Assembly (NCBI GenBank): GCA_033178465.1
Contig: GCA_033178465.1_4726.2
Direction: 5' to 3' (one strand)
Length of the DNA stretch: 41,138 nucleotides
DNA from: a phage
Below are positions 28,457 to 38,073 of the stretch, in pieces. Both the position numbers and the translations under genes were made by a program. Numbering within the stretch: position 1 is the first letter of the stretch; every line of letters starts with the position of its first letter. Below the pieces are notes generated by a model, which saw nothing but the letters and a program-made list of their open reading frames with translations, was not told where the DNA came from and made no database searches.

Positions 28457-30352
28457 TTAGAACAGGTTGAATGCCCCACCCATGTTGTTAACGCCAACAT
28501 TCGGACGATCGCTACGTGCGTAGATGTTACCGGAGATGTTACCCAGACCACGAGCACGTGCTGCCATGTTACCACGAACAGCGGTACCTGCCAGATGCTG
28601 GATGTTCTCAGGACGGATGGTGAAGCCAGCGTCAGCAGCGGCTTCGATCAGCGCCTGCAGTGCTAACGGATCGAAGTCGTAACGCATTGCCCAGCCGGTT
28701 TGTTCCCAGCTACCAGACAGAACACGATCAATGATTTCGTGACGAGCGACAACACGCTGAGACATCGTCATATCGGTACGGTCGAAGCTGTCTTCCCAAG
28801 CTTCTACGGTATCCGGGTTAGTGATGTTCATCATGTACAGATCGTCCATATCACGAATATCGTGACGGTGGCCATCCTGGTGGTTGTAGTGACCCAGCGG
28901 GATACGGTTACCGGTAGCGTAGACCAGCGGTAAGCCGTACTGATATTTCTTGCTGAAGCAGCCCAGGGTAGTATCATCGAAGGCACGGTAGAGTGCTTTG
29001 TAACCTTCGGAGATTTCACGGACTTCGCCTTCAACTTTACCCGTATAGATCTTCTCAGCCGCCGGGATCATACGCAGCAGCCAGCTGTATTCGCCTTCTT
29101 CCGGTACGTCGATAGAAATCAGCAGAGACGGATACAGTACCTGTTGCAGGAACTTGTAAATCTGCTCGTTGGTTTGAGTAGACAGATCCAGCGGTGCGGT
29201 AACTTCCGGATCCAGTACCATTGCCAGAGCACCCGGGTTATGCGGACCGATGCCACGAGCAGCGTTGCTGATTAAAGACTGTGCCCACGCCATACCGCTG
29301 TTCAGCGTAGCGATGGTACCAATCAGACCCAACACGAAAGTGTTCGGTGTGAACGCATCCAGCTCCAGCGGGTAAGCACTGGTCATCACGTAACGCGGCT
29401 GGTATTGTACAGTCGGCGGTACCGGATAACCGTTAACCAGAACAGGGCCTTGGTTGAAGGTCGGGTTCTGCGGGCTGTAGGTCAGGTCAATGTAACCGGT
29501 GGTGGCGACCAGACGCTGTTGACTATCGTAATCGCTCATCGCTTGACGGATGCGGTTAGAGATAGTTACAGTGATGTCAGAACGCACAGGGTTACCAACA
29601 ATATCGCTGTCCTGCATACCGCTGGTGTTGTACTGAACGCTGCTGATTGGCTGATCGCTTGCCATCATGCCCAGGTTGAACTGCGGCAGACCCAGTTTAT
29701 CACCGAGACGGATTTCGATCGCGGTTTGGATTGCGTTATCTGCAGCAGACAGCAGGGTGGTTGCCAGATGCGCAGATTCAGCGGTGATTTCATTGGTCAC
29801 CACAGCCAGACCAGCGATACGAGCAGTACCATTAGACTTACCGCCAATAGCTGCATACATTGCCGCCATGACTTCGTTGATGAACGTACCGTTCAGGTTA
29901 TCAACCCAGGTACGCGGTACCAGAATGTTACCGTGCGGACCTTGTTCTTCACGACGCGGCAGCGGAGCCAAACCGGCAACCAGCGGAAGCACATAACCGA
30001 AGAAGTGGTTATGGTCACCAACTTTTGCACCACTCATAACGACCAGGGTCGGATACGGTACACTGTACTGGTTAGGATCGACGGTCACCATGATGAAGTC
30101 GTCTTTGAATCCTTTATCTTCCAGTTCTTTCTCCATCAGACGACGGAGATTCAGTACCTGCTCGGAGCCAGTATTACGGCTAATACGACGGCTCAGTGTA
30201 CGGTTGATCGTACGCATCGTATGAGTTACTTTAGGCTGGCCAGCAAAATCTGCAGCGGTTTCCAGCGCCTCATCAGCACGTTGTGCGGTGCGGGTTTCAG
30301 CTGCACGAATTTCTACATTATCGTTACCGTTATTACGTACGTCTAAGCCCAT
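28457..30352 (-). CDS. chmA: putative chimallin (phage-nucleus shell protein), alternatively another major early protein
   Basis: 631-aa ORF with AGAGGA Shine-Dalgarno, driven by an early-promoter motif and ended by a strong terminator. It sits immediately upstream of the beta' N-terminal gene, matching the gp54-gp55 arrangement I recall for phiKZ; the length matches known chimallins (~630-700 aa); both termini look disordered. No motif-level confirmation is possible by eye. Confidence 0.5.
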   Translation of the reverse strand: MGLDVRNNGNDNVEIRAAETRTAQRADEALETAADFAGQPKVTHTMRTINRTLSRRISRNTGSEQVLNLRRLMEKELEDKGFKDDFIMVTVDPNQYSVPYPTLVVMSGAKVGDHNHFFGYVLPLVAGLAPLPRREEQGPHGNILVPRTWVDNLNGTFINEVMAAMYAAIGGKSNGTARIAGLAVVTNEITAESAHLATTLLSAADNAIQTAIEIRLGDKLGLPQFNLGMMASDQPISSVQYNTSGMQDSDIVGNPVRSDITVTISNRIRQAMSDYDSQQRLVATTGYIDLTYSPQNPTFNQGPVLVNGYPVPPTVQYQPRYVMTSAYPLELDAFTPNTFVLGLIGTIATLNSGMAWAQSLISNAARGIGPHNPGALAMVLDPEVTAPLDLSTQTNEQIYKFLQQVLYPSLLISIDVPEEGEYSWLLRMIPAAEKIYTGKVEGEVREISEGYKALYRAFDDTTLGCFSKKYQYGLPLVYATGNRIPLGHYNHQDGHRHDIRDMDDLYMMNITNPDTVEAWEDSFDRTDMTMSQRVVARHEIIDRVLSGSWEQTGWAMRYDFDPLALQALIEAAADAGFTIRPENIQHLAGTAVRGNMAARARGLGNISGNIYARSDRPNVGVNNMGGAFNLF

Positions 30353-30382
30353 TTGGGATTCCTCTTTTCTTAAACTTTATTA

Positions 30383-30394
30383 AATGACGTCATT
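30383..30394. repeat. 12-bp palindrome AATGACGTCATT (copy 2)
   Basis: Exact repeat of 1009-1020, located between the early promoter and the chimallin-like start codon. Confidence 0.4.
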
Positions 30395-30414
30395 GAATCA
30401 GCTTCTACTCGCTC

Positions 30415-30445
30415 ATTCACCTAGGTAATATAACCCTGAAATTTT
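30415..30445 (-). promoter_or_regulatory. putative phage early promoter (minus-strand TTTCAGGGTTATATTACCTAGGTG)
   Basis: Third copy of the conserved motif, about 70 nt upstream of the chimallin-like start. Confidence 0.5.
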
Positions 30446-30606
30446 TTTCAATATTGGTGTAACCGCATTGAACGATATAAACCCCTAGGCGAACGCTGCC
30501 GAGAAGCAACATTCTTTCTACATATAATCAGGATATGTCTGTAAACTTTTACTTCTCTTATTGAGAGTAATGTCATATCCGTTTACTACCTTCTTACGGA
30601 GTTCGT

Positions 30607-31701
30607 ATGTTTCGTGTTTTAAATAACCTCCCGCGAACATCATCGGGTGTGCAACCCGTCCCTCAGAAAGACTATCTAATACGCGAAGTTCAAAGAAACC
30701 TACAGACAATCCAGAACCACTATCAAGGTTTTACCTTCGCGGTTCAGAGCGATCACATCCTTGCGTTGCTGCTCGCACAGCTCCCTATGAGATACGACAT
30801 CTCAGTACAAACTTACTACGACATGATTCTCGATCTTACCCCAGAATTGGGTAATCGTGTCAAGTTGACAACATCAAGATACGCGGGTAAGTTATTCGAC
30901 GGTGCTTTCTATCCGGGATTGCACGAAGCTATTATCGCAACCGGTGAAAGTCGTCTTATTTCACGTGACGTTCTTGACAACTGGCGTAATTGGTCACCAG
31001 TTAGAATCGTGACGCACCCATACGCAAATCTTCGTTACATTCCTCTTCACCGAAAGCAGGTTGAAGATGGGCGAGGTTTTGCAGTCATTATGGTTGACGT
31101 ACCTTTATTAGCGCTACAGTATCGAATGTGGTCTTTGGTCATGGGTCATAACGTCGACGGTAAATGGGTGGTTAAAGAACCGGTTACAAGCTTCCTTGCG
31201 AGTTTTCCGTTGGTTAACGCATTATACTCACACAACGATGTTGTTATACGTAATCGTTGTTTGTGGGTATCACCGGCTAAGAATCCACTCAAATCACCCA
31301 TTTACGTTAACGACCTTGATAACGTATTCAGCCAAGTCGTTCTGTCCGTACAGCATCATTTATTACGAAGAAGACGAAGCTACACCGATATGCTTAAACA
31401 GATACCGAGTTTATACGGGGATCAGTACCAAGCAACCCGGATGGGCTATACCGTCGATCTTCGACAAACTCGATGGGCAAGGGATCTGGGTTGTCTGTCA
31501 TTATGGCAACAACTCGTCACATTGCAAAACGTATCTGAAAGCGTCGGGTTCAGCAGTCAAATCGATAACGACCTGTACCGTGCTGCCGACCGGAGTCTAA
31601 AAGAAGGTAACTGGGAGTCCTCTCCGTTACCTGGCGATTTAAGACGTGAAGTTATCGCACAGGTTGCCGACCTCTTAAAAATTCTTCCCGCTGGTGCATA
31701 A
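30607..31701 (+). CDS. hypothetical protein (plus strand)
   Basis: 364-aa ORF ending at a bidirectional CCTCCC/GGGAGG hairpin. Confidence 0.55.
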   Translation: MFRVLNNLPRTSSGVQPVPQKDYLIREVQRNLQTIQNHYQGFTFAVQSDHILALLLAQLPMRYDISVQTYYDMILDLTPELGNRVKLTTSRYAGKLFDGAFYPGLHEAIIATGESRLISRDVLDNWRNWSPVRIVTHPYANLRYIPLHRKQVEDGRGFAVIMVDVPLLALQYRMWSLVMGHNVDGKWVVKEPVTSFLASFPLVNALYSHNDVVIRNRCLWVSPAKNPLKSPIYVNDLDNVFSQVVLSVQHHLLRRRRSYTDMLKQIPSLYGDQYQATRMGYTVDLRQTRWARDLGCLSLWQQLVTLQNVSESVGFSSQIDNDLYRAADRSLKEGNWESSPLPGDLRREVIAQVADLLKILPAGA

Positions 31702-31720
31702 TCACCTCCTCTTCCCTTGC

Positions 31721-31750
31721 ATCCTCCCTTCCCTTACGGGTTGGGAGGAT
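31721..31750. terminator. bidirectional terminator hairpin (ATCCTCCC ... GGGAGGAT)
   Basis: Inverted repeat between convergent genes 30607..31701(+) and 31768..33921(-). Confidence 0.45.
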
Positions 31751-31767
31751 GGGGATGGTGGGTTATG

Positions 31768-33921
31768 TTATTCTACGGTTTCTCGCTTCGGTAAATAACT
31801 TGCTGCAATGTCTTGGGCTAACAATGTATTGTTTTTATTCGAGATGAAAATACCGTAACTTTCCATTAACGCGTAATACGAACGAACGAGCGTAGAGATC
31901 AATCGACGAATATCCATACCTTGAATAAAGATATCGGGAAGCCCGGAGGCTTCGATCACCGGTAATGGTATCGTTAAGTTGCTTATCGTTTTCTTATCGT
32001 TACGTACAATCCAATCACGGAAACGTTGTTGTAACCCTTTATCCTCCCAGGAATCAATCCAATCGTTAAGAAGCGTTTTGTTCTTCGTCGCCAACGGCAC
32101 ACGAACCCCAACATAGGGTGGTTCCTGGCAATGGCCGTACGATTGAGCAAACACCTCTTCCCACATATCGTAAGACTGTTTCGTTACTGCAACATGCGGT
32201 TTCACTTTAACACGTGTTAAGAAATCAGGATCACCACGTTTCATGGACTCAACGATTTCGTTTTCTAACGAGATAATATCGTCAAGAACCAATCGAATGC
32301 TGATCTTCTCGTTACGTAACAGCTTATCCATGATACCACACATCATGCGTTCAACACGTTTGACGATCATTTTTGGTGCTGACGCATCGCGCATAACCGG
32401 ACCTTTCAATTCCAGCTTCGGTGGATTGATAGGAACCCCTTCACGCATGGTCATGTAACCGTAATAGTTTTTACCCATCGAGGTTAACGACAGAATCAAG
32501 AACATATATTCGTTCTTCATTTCCATCACGTACATATGCTCTTTCGCCACACCGATATTACCAGAACACATCGCCATCAGATGAACCGTAATCTGCGTAA
32601 CCAGATAGATAAGCGTGTTTGCTAAGCGCGTCGAAACTGGATTGATCTCCATATTTCCAAATCGCCACTGAACCCACTCCTGGCAGGTAAACACCGTCGA
32701 GTCGGTATCAGACAACACGCCCACTTCACGGATTGCTGATGGGAAAGCATAAACACCAGCCGGTTGGTTCTCGGTACGCCAGAACGCCATAATCAAATCA
32801 GCATAGCTTTGAATACGCTGTAGCATTAATTTTGTCGTTGCTGCAGTAAGACGATAACCAAGTTCATTTCCTTTTTCTAGCGCTACGTAAATCGCTTCCC
32901 CGTTCAAGAACTCCGTGCATTGTGCTGTAATCCAAGCGACCGTGTTGTTATCCATGGAAGCAATAATGGCTTTAGCCTCTTCCATCGTTTCAACCGGTTC
33001 GGATGCCAGTTCACATAACGAGTCAAGAAAATCTCGAACAAATTCAGGATTAAGCTCACGTAACGAGTACAGGTTATTGCTGTACATGTAGCAGGCACGT
33101 TCCAACGGTGTTAAACCGGTAATTAACTCCCGGATAGTCAGTTCTTTCTCTGGGTCGAAAGTATACCGATGCAAGCATTTCGATACGTTAGCCCAAACCT
33201 CTTCCGGCGTAGGGTAATGTAGTTTGTATTTTACCATTACCTGTTCAATGGCTTTACGATCGCTGTTGCGGACAATACTCACGATGTTTTCAATTGCGAT
33301 ATCACAATCGTAATAATGGAAATTGCCCGCAAGGAAGCGTTCGTTGTTCGCATTGGCTGAACCTGAAGCACAGCGACATGTTGTCGTTAAACTTGGATGC
33401 GCGATCGGATTATAAAAAGGGTTAAACTTGGACGCCTGGGTTCCCGACAAACTGTTGTTATCTAACTTGGTGTTGGTTTGTCGTTTATCGTGTAACTCAG
33501 CTTCATCTTTACGTCCGTGTGCTTGCGCTATCGACATTTGTTTCTTTTGTTTCTTACGCAACTTACCGTTTTCAACCGCGAAGTCGCTTAGCACACTGGA
33601 ACGTGTTTCACGTGGATAACAGTTAGCCCATACCGGCGTGATAATTAAATTATTTTCTTTAATATCATTGAAGTATTGGCTGAACTTGATGACTTCTTTT
33701 TCTCGATTTCCTTCGGTACGCTGTGTTAATACCAGGCAGTCGGGATCAACCATCCCGTATTTTCCACCGGGACGAACCGTATCAAGGACAAACTGCAACG
33801 CTTCCTGCTGTGATATCCCACGCATACGCATTAAGAACAGGGTATAATCCTGTACCGCTTCTTTGGTCATATCCAACGTACGACCGTATCCGTTTTCATC
33901 GTAAAAGAACGGATTTTCCAT
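31768..33921 (-). CDS. large hypothetical protein (717 aa) with acidic DxD-type motifs; function unassigned
   Basis: Long uninterrupted ORF. Contains LSDTDSTVF and KNYYGYM, which loosely recall polymerase motifs but in a non-canonical order, so no family is assigned. Confidence 0.6.
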   Translation of the reverse strand: MENPFFYDENGYGRTLDMTKEAVQDYTLFLMRMRGISQQEALQFVLDTVRPGGKYGMVDPDCLVLTQRTEGNREKEVIKFSQYFNDIKENNLIITPVWANCYPRETRSSVLSDFAVENGKLRKKQKKQMSIAQAHGRKDEAELHDKRQTNTKLDNNSLSGTQASKFNPFYNPIAHPSLTTTCRCASGSANANNERFLAGNFHYYDCDIAIENIVSIVRNSDRKAIEQVMVKYKLHYPTPEEVWANVSKCLHRYTFDPEKELTIRELITGLTPLERACYMYSNNLYSLRELNPEFVRDFLDSLCELASEPVETMEEAKAIIASMDNNTVAWITAQCTEFLNGEAIYVALEKGNELGYRLTAATTKLMLQRIQSYADLIMAFWRTENQPAGVYAFPSAIREVGVLSDTDSTVFTCQEWVQWRFGNMEINPVSTRLANTLIYLVTQITVHLMAMCSGNIGVAKEHMYVMEMKNEYMFLILSLTSMGKNYYGYMTMREGVPINPPKLELKGPVMRDASAPKMIVKRVERMMCGIMDKLLRNEKISIRLVLDDIISLENEIVESMKRGDPDFLTRVKVKPHVAVTKQSYDMWEEVFAQSYGHCQEPPYVGVRVPLATKNKTLLNDWIDSWEDKGLQQRFRDWIVRNDKKTISNLTIPLPVIEASGLPDIFIQGMDIRRLISTLVRSYYALMESYGIFISNKNNTLLAQDIAASYLPKRETVE

Positions 33922-33990
33922 AAATCCTCCAAAAGTTATTTAGTCTGTCTACATCATCTCGTATATCTGTTAAAAAAGAAGGACGGCATA

Positions 33991-34030
33991 AAAAAGAACC
34001 GATCCAGCCGAAGCCAGATCGGTTAAAAAA
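33991..34030 (-). terminator. terminator hairpin flanked by A/T runs (GAACCGATC-loop-GATCGGTT)
   Basis: 8-bp stem with A6 on one side and A6 on the other on the plus strand, which read as U-tracts on the minus strand; downstream of 34221..34634. Confidence 0.45.
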
Positions 34031-34220
34031 GGATAATAACTGACAGAAAGATATCGATGATGTTCGTGAAACAAGATCTTCTCTCGTGTACAATGATGCT
34101 AGATCAGAGGGAGGTTGTAACACGAGAGGTGGTCCGCCAAAGAAGGAATAAAAACACGAACCTATCTTATTTCACTGATGGCACTAACCACTCAAAATAT
34201 ATAGTACCGTATGTAAAAGT

Positions 34221-34634
34221 TTACTGATTAATCAAGTCGTTAGCAACAATCTTGGTGTAACCCGCCTGATTAAGAATTTGATTAATTTTCGTCACGTCGG
34301 TCGCATCCTCAATAACGATGCTGGGTTTATAGATCAGCGTCTTGGTAACGACGATTGTACTCTCCTTAATCCAAGGAATCCCTAGAATCACATACTCACC
34401 ATCGGCTGTAATGACCTCGACGTAATTGTATTTCGTCGGATCGTTCGGTACACTAGACGGGAGCCGGGAATAAATCTGTTGGTGAATGGCATCTACATCA
34501 CGACCGTTACGTACAGCTGTGCGATAATTGTACACAGCGCTAATTTCTACTCCGTTGAAGTTAACCCCAAGTTCTGGGGCGTACACATCAAAACTCACAA
34601 CAGAGCCAATCTTTTCTAAATCAGAAGCTGGCAT
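34221..34634 (-). CDS. hypothetical protein
   Basis: 137-aa ORF in the minus-strand array. Confidence 0.55.
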   Translation of the reverse strand: MPASDLEKIGSVVSFDVYAPELGVNFNGVEISAVYNYRTAVRNGRDVDAIHQQIYSRLPSSVPNDPTKYNYVEVITADGEYVILGIPWIKESTIVVTKTLIYKPSIVIEDATDVTKINQILNQAGYTKIVANDLINQ

Positions 34635-34645
34635 AATAGCATCCT

Positions 34646-35044
34646 TTATTTAAAAATGTATTCATATCCGAAAGTCGTCGCTGACCAGACCCGGATAGAT
34701 GATAGTGTTCCGCCACGATAAAACGTTTTTGTGAATTCCATATCCTGGACAACACGATAATAAACACGTCCGATAATACGCACGATAAGGTTTCGTGATA
34801 ACGATCTCTCCTCGCAGTATTCATCGATAAAGTCATCGTCGATATCCGATAAGACAACATCCGCAATTTCTTGCAGTAGATTCCTCATCAGCATCTGCCT
34901 TCCTTCGGTACCCCACCCAGACAAACAGTAATCGTCTTCTGCCTGACTATAGATGTCGTTAACCGCCTGTTCGAGCAGTTGCTCAAGATAGTAGTCATCG
35001 CGTTTTATAACGTGGCGACGGCGCTCAGTGGCGTATTTTTCCAT
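34646..35044 (-). CDS. hypothetical small protein
   Basis: ORF 34646..35167 trimmed to the internal ATG at 35044 to limit overlap with 35005..35493; start uncertain. Confidence 0.4.
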   Translation of the reverse strand: MEKYATERRRHVIKRDDYYLEQLLEQAVNDIYSQAEDDYCLSGWGTEGRQMLMRNLLQEIADVVLSDIDDDFIDEYCEERSLSRNLIVRIIGRVYYRVVQDMEFTKTFYRGGTLSSIRVWSATTFGYEYIFK

Positions 35045-35493
35045 CCTGTGTTTCTCTTGTTCGGCGTATGTATTAACGACGCCACAGTCTTTTCTGGATC
35101 GTCCCACAATGCACGACGAAAACTGGATACTACCATAACGGTAGGATAGATTTGTACAACCTCCCATCCGTAACGGTGTGCGTTAGTCGTACGTCCGACA
35201 TTGAACAGACATAACTGATTTAAGAAACAGAGCTGCATCTTCGTAAACAACACCATGTCTTCACGTTTAACGTATCCTAGGATATACGCATTCTCGAACG
35301 CCTCGCGCGACAAGACGGGACGATTAAGATACCGTAACGCTAATACCAACAACGTTGTTATGCGCAACGGATCTTCTGGGTCATTCATGGTGCTCAGCTC
35401 TGCTTGTAACCAGTCAGGGATAGTAACCGTCAGACGATAGGTATCTGTTCCACGATCAACCACATTCAATGTTGAAAAAGGCAACATATCCAT
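35005..35493 (-). CDS. hypothetical protein
   Basis: 162-aa ORF. Confidence 0.45.
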   Translation of the reverse strand: MDMLPFSTLNVVDRGTDTYRLTVTIPDWLQAELSTMNDPEDPLRITTLLVLALRYLNRPVLSREAFENAYILGYVKREDMVLFTKMQLCFLNQLCLFNVGRTTNAHRYGWEVVQIYPTVMVVSSFRRALWDDPEKTVASLIHTPNKRNTGWKNTPLSAVATL

Positions 35494-35950
35494 GAATTCC
35501 TTCTAGCTCGAGGTTGTTCTCGCCGGTCTTCGGTAATAACCCACTGGCCGTTAACATCTGTGTCATCGAGTAGTCAAAGCACGGGAATATCAGGTTAACG
35601 GTTTCCTGGATCGCGTCAACATAACTATAAATGGCTTCATAATACTCACCGTCATGATCCACGCTAACCAGTTCCTGACACAGTTCTTCGCTTATCATTT
35701 CATATACCGGCGGATACCACGATTGAAATGGTCGCTGCATACGTAACGACCAATACTCATACGTCGTATACTGAAGCACGTCATAAGCCGATACGTTAAT
35801 GCGGTCGAAGAAAGAATACTTGTCCATATGCTGATACAACATCGCCAGCACGGTTTCCAAGCACACCGATATCCGCACGCCGTCATCTTTCCCGTTAAGA
35901 AAATTAGGTTTCTGCCGATAACGCACAAATGCCGACGGCTTTGATTGCAT
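35456..35950 (-). CDS. hypothetical protein
   Basis: ORF 35456..36031; ATG at 35950 overlaps the stop of the upstream gene (TAATG), suggesting translational coupling. Confidence 0.45.
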   Translation of the reverse strand: MQSKPSAFVRYRQKPNFLNGKDDGVRISVCLETVLAMLYQHMDKYSFFDRINVSAYDVLQYTTYEYWSLRMQRPFQSWYPPVYEMISEELCQELVSVDHDGEYYEAIYSYVDAIQETVNLIFPCFDYSMTQMLTASGLLPKTGENNLELEGIHGYVAFFNIECG

Positions 35951-36435
35951 TATTCCACCACCAACCATAACGTCATACTCGTATCTAACGTAAAATTGAA
36001 ATGCCACCAATCTTCTACACGTGGAATCCACGTACGAAGGATTTGGTTAACTTCGCTTCGCATCACCGATAAACGACAACGAAAATCGAACTTCTCATCG
36101 TGGCCGTAGTCTTCATGCATGAAAACTTCATCCAAAACGAACTCAAGTTGCATGTCGACATCACGGCCAGAGATATTCCGTTTGTACAAATACAACTCAA
36201 TCGTGTCGTAAAGCAACGTATGAATATCATAATTTCCGTTCGGTGAGAAATAAGGTAATCGCTCATCGAGCATCGAAAACAGATATTCACTGTAGTTTAA
36301 TAACGGGATGATGTACCGACGCCCTGTCTGTGGTGTGCGAATATGTATCGAAACCTGACTTGGGCGCGGAATAACCGACGGCTTAGAATCGTCTCTCTGA
36401 AATTGCTCTAAAGATCGCAACAAAGGTGGCCGCAT
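35950..36435 (-). CDS. hypothetical protein
   Basis: ORF 35950..36501; ATG at 36435 has GGAGAG 5 nt upstream. Confidence 0.45.
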   Translation of the reverse strand: MRPPLLRSLEQFQRDDSKPSVIPRPSQVSIHIRTPQTGRRYIIPLLNYSEYLFSMLDERLPYFSPNGNYDIHTLLYDTIELYLYKRNISGRDVDMQLEFVLDEVFMHEDYGHDEKFDFRCRLSVMRSEVNQILRTWIPRVEDWWHFNFTLDTSMTLWLVVE

Positions 36436-36679
36436 TGTAACTCTCCAACGCCCAATTGTAAGGCCCTTCCAACATGTGTTCCCATACGTGAATAAACTCA
36501 CTACCGAAGACAGGCTCTAGTGCCATAGTGAGATTCGTAAGTTCTGACGCGGCCGCATGGTAAGCATCAACATGTCTTTCCATTGACGGATCGTCTTCAT
36601 TGAAAATACGTTCTGTATCGCCAGCGCGCTCAATAAGTTCGGTAATGAGATCTGTCCATGTCTCGTGACACGTCATCAT
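36383..36679 (-). CDS. hypothetical small protein (uncertain)
   Basis: C-terminal portion of ORF 36383..37012 from an internal ATG; overlaps neighbours in other frames. Confidence 0.25.
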   Translation of the reverse strand: MMTCHETWTDLITELIERAGDTERIFNEDDPSMERHVDAYHAAASELTNLTMALEPVFGSEFIHVWEHMLEGPYNWALESYNAATFVAIFRAISERRF

Positions 36680-37607
36680 TTCCTGTTCTCGACTTAGTAT
36701 GCCGATGTCTGCGTGGACGCTGGACTCGAACCGGTCTAAAAGGACCCGAAGAACGTGCACCTTGTCGATGTATTTCACCGTTATCCAAGAAAGCGGTTGC
36801 CACCGACTCAGCATCCATCCGGTACTCGGGAACCCCAAACTCATATAGTACGGGTTGCACCAGACCGAAGACGGAGCGACGTTGTTTAAATCGCTCCTTA
36901 AGGGCAAGGCCTTGTTTAATATAAACGGGTTCATTGGCGAGTTGTTCCGCTTTTCGTTTTGCGTGAGCCAATCGAAGTTCTTCCAATTGCCCAAGCCATT
37001 CAAATTGTTCATCTGTTAGCTCCTGGGGACGTTCAACAATCGCGCCAGACGGGCAGATATTGATCGTAATGTTAATTGACGGCATCGCCATCACTCGAGG
37101 ATTACTATTACGTACGCGGACAACATGTTCGGTTGCTGATTTACGATCGACGCAATACTCTGTTTCTTGGAACTCAAATGCTTTTAACGGTGTTGGTTTT
37201 GTTTGACGTTTAGGAACGCGGCCAAGATCGACAATATAGGCATAATCGCACACACGTTCTATTCCGTAAATACGGTTATCCGACCAGTTCTTACCAAACA
37301 GCTTATTGTGATGATAAGACAGATATTCGGTTACCATACCCTGTACAACATCGAAGTCTTCTCGAAATTCGGGTTGGTACCAAATCGGGCCGAGAATATC
37401 TGCGAACGATTCATGACGATATCGAGGATCATGTCGAGTCCAGGTCATTCTCTGATTAAGATCGAAATCCACCAACAACTCGGTTAATTGCAATTTTTCC
37501 TTCGGAGAAAGCTGGCGTTGATGATGCAAACTCAGGCAATCGATAAGCGGTAATGAAACCCACGATGCTAATGTGTACAAATCGATCCTGGCTAATCTCT
37601 TGGTCAT
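36630..37607 (-). CDS. hypothetical protein
   Basis: 325-aa ORF with AGGAAAAGAG Shine-Dalgarno. Confidence 0.5.
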   Translation of the reverse strand: MTKRLARIDLYTLASWVSLPLIDCLSLHHQRQLSPKEKLQLTELLVDFDLNQRMTWTRHDPRYRHESFADILGPIWYQPEFREDFDVVQGMVTEYLSYHHNKLFGKNWSDNRIYGIERVCDYAYIVDLGRVPKRQTKPTPLKAFEFQETEYCVDRKSATEHVVRVRNSNPRVMAMPSINITINICPSGAIVERPQELTDEQFEWLGQLEELRLAHAKRKAEQLANEPVYIKQGLALKERFKQRRSVFGLVQPVLYEFGVPEYRMDAESVATAFLDNGEIHRQGARSSGPFRPVRVQRPRRHRHTKSRTGNDDVSRDMDRSHYRTY

Positions 37608-37693
37608 ACTCTTTTCCTAAGTCCCCATTGTTTATACACACGATATCTGGGAATAGTTAAAATATACGGCGTAAAACGAAGCAGGAGAGTTTC

Positions 37694-37701
37694 TGACGTC
37701 A
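37694..37701. repeat. TGACGTCA palindrome (third occurrence, as CTGACGTCATTT)
   Basis: Shares the TGACGTCATT core with the two 12-bp palindromes; overlaps the stop codon of 37699..38019. Confidence 0.3.
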
Positions 37702-38019
37702 TTTTCTCCCTCTTCGAATACTACCGATACCTCTTTCGTCTAAGACGTCCCAGGCACGCTTTATTTCATCCTCCGTTGCTCTGGTATCTGGAGGGACAAC
37801 CATAACACAGTCGTGGAATGGCCAATGTGCAGGTCTGGGGCTCGCGAACAAATCATCCCATTCAAATGTCCATTCTTTCTTTGAGCGATTGTAGTAGAGC
37901 GTAAGGTACGTGTTGGTATACGCCGGATAACCGCGCATAACTTCAATATCCTTACGATCTTGCCGTTCCTGATTCCAATCGTTAAACCGCTTTCTTATTT
38001 TCTCCCACCACTTTCCCAT
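37699..38019 (-). CDS. hypothetical protein
   Basis: 106-aa ORF with AGGAGAAAGC Shine-Dalgarno. Confidence 0.5.
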   Translation of the reverse strand: MGKWWEKIRKRFNDWNQERQDRKDIEVMRGYPAYTNTYLTLYYNRSKKEWTFEWDDLFASPRPAHWPFHDCVMVVPPDTRATEDEIKRAWDVLDERGIGSIRRGRK

Positions 38020-38073
38020 GCTTTCTCCTAGACGGCATAAAAAGCCTGCCCCGAAGGACAGGCTCGATAGAAC

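Noticed and set aside
29405-30346. 313-aa plus-strand ORF
   Set aside because: Lies entirely antisense to the strongly supported 631-aa chimallin-like gene, has no ribosome-binding site context and has odd composition; treated as a shadow ORF.
28457-30352. Major capsid protein as an alternative identity for the 631-aa protein
   Set aside because: Early-promoter context and adjacency to the RNAP beta' gene fit chimallin better than a late structural gene, but this is not excluded without a profile or structure search.
30524-30529. Host sigma70-like TATAAT upstream of the plus-strand gene 30607..31701
   Set aside because: No convincing -35 element at the right spacing; an isolated hexamer in AT-rich sequence is not evidence.
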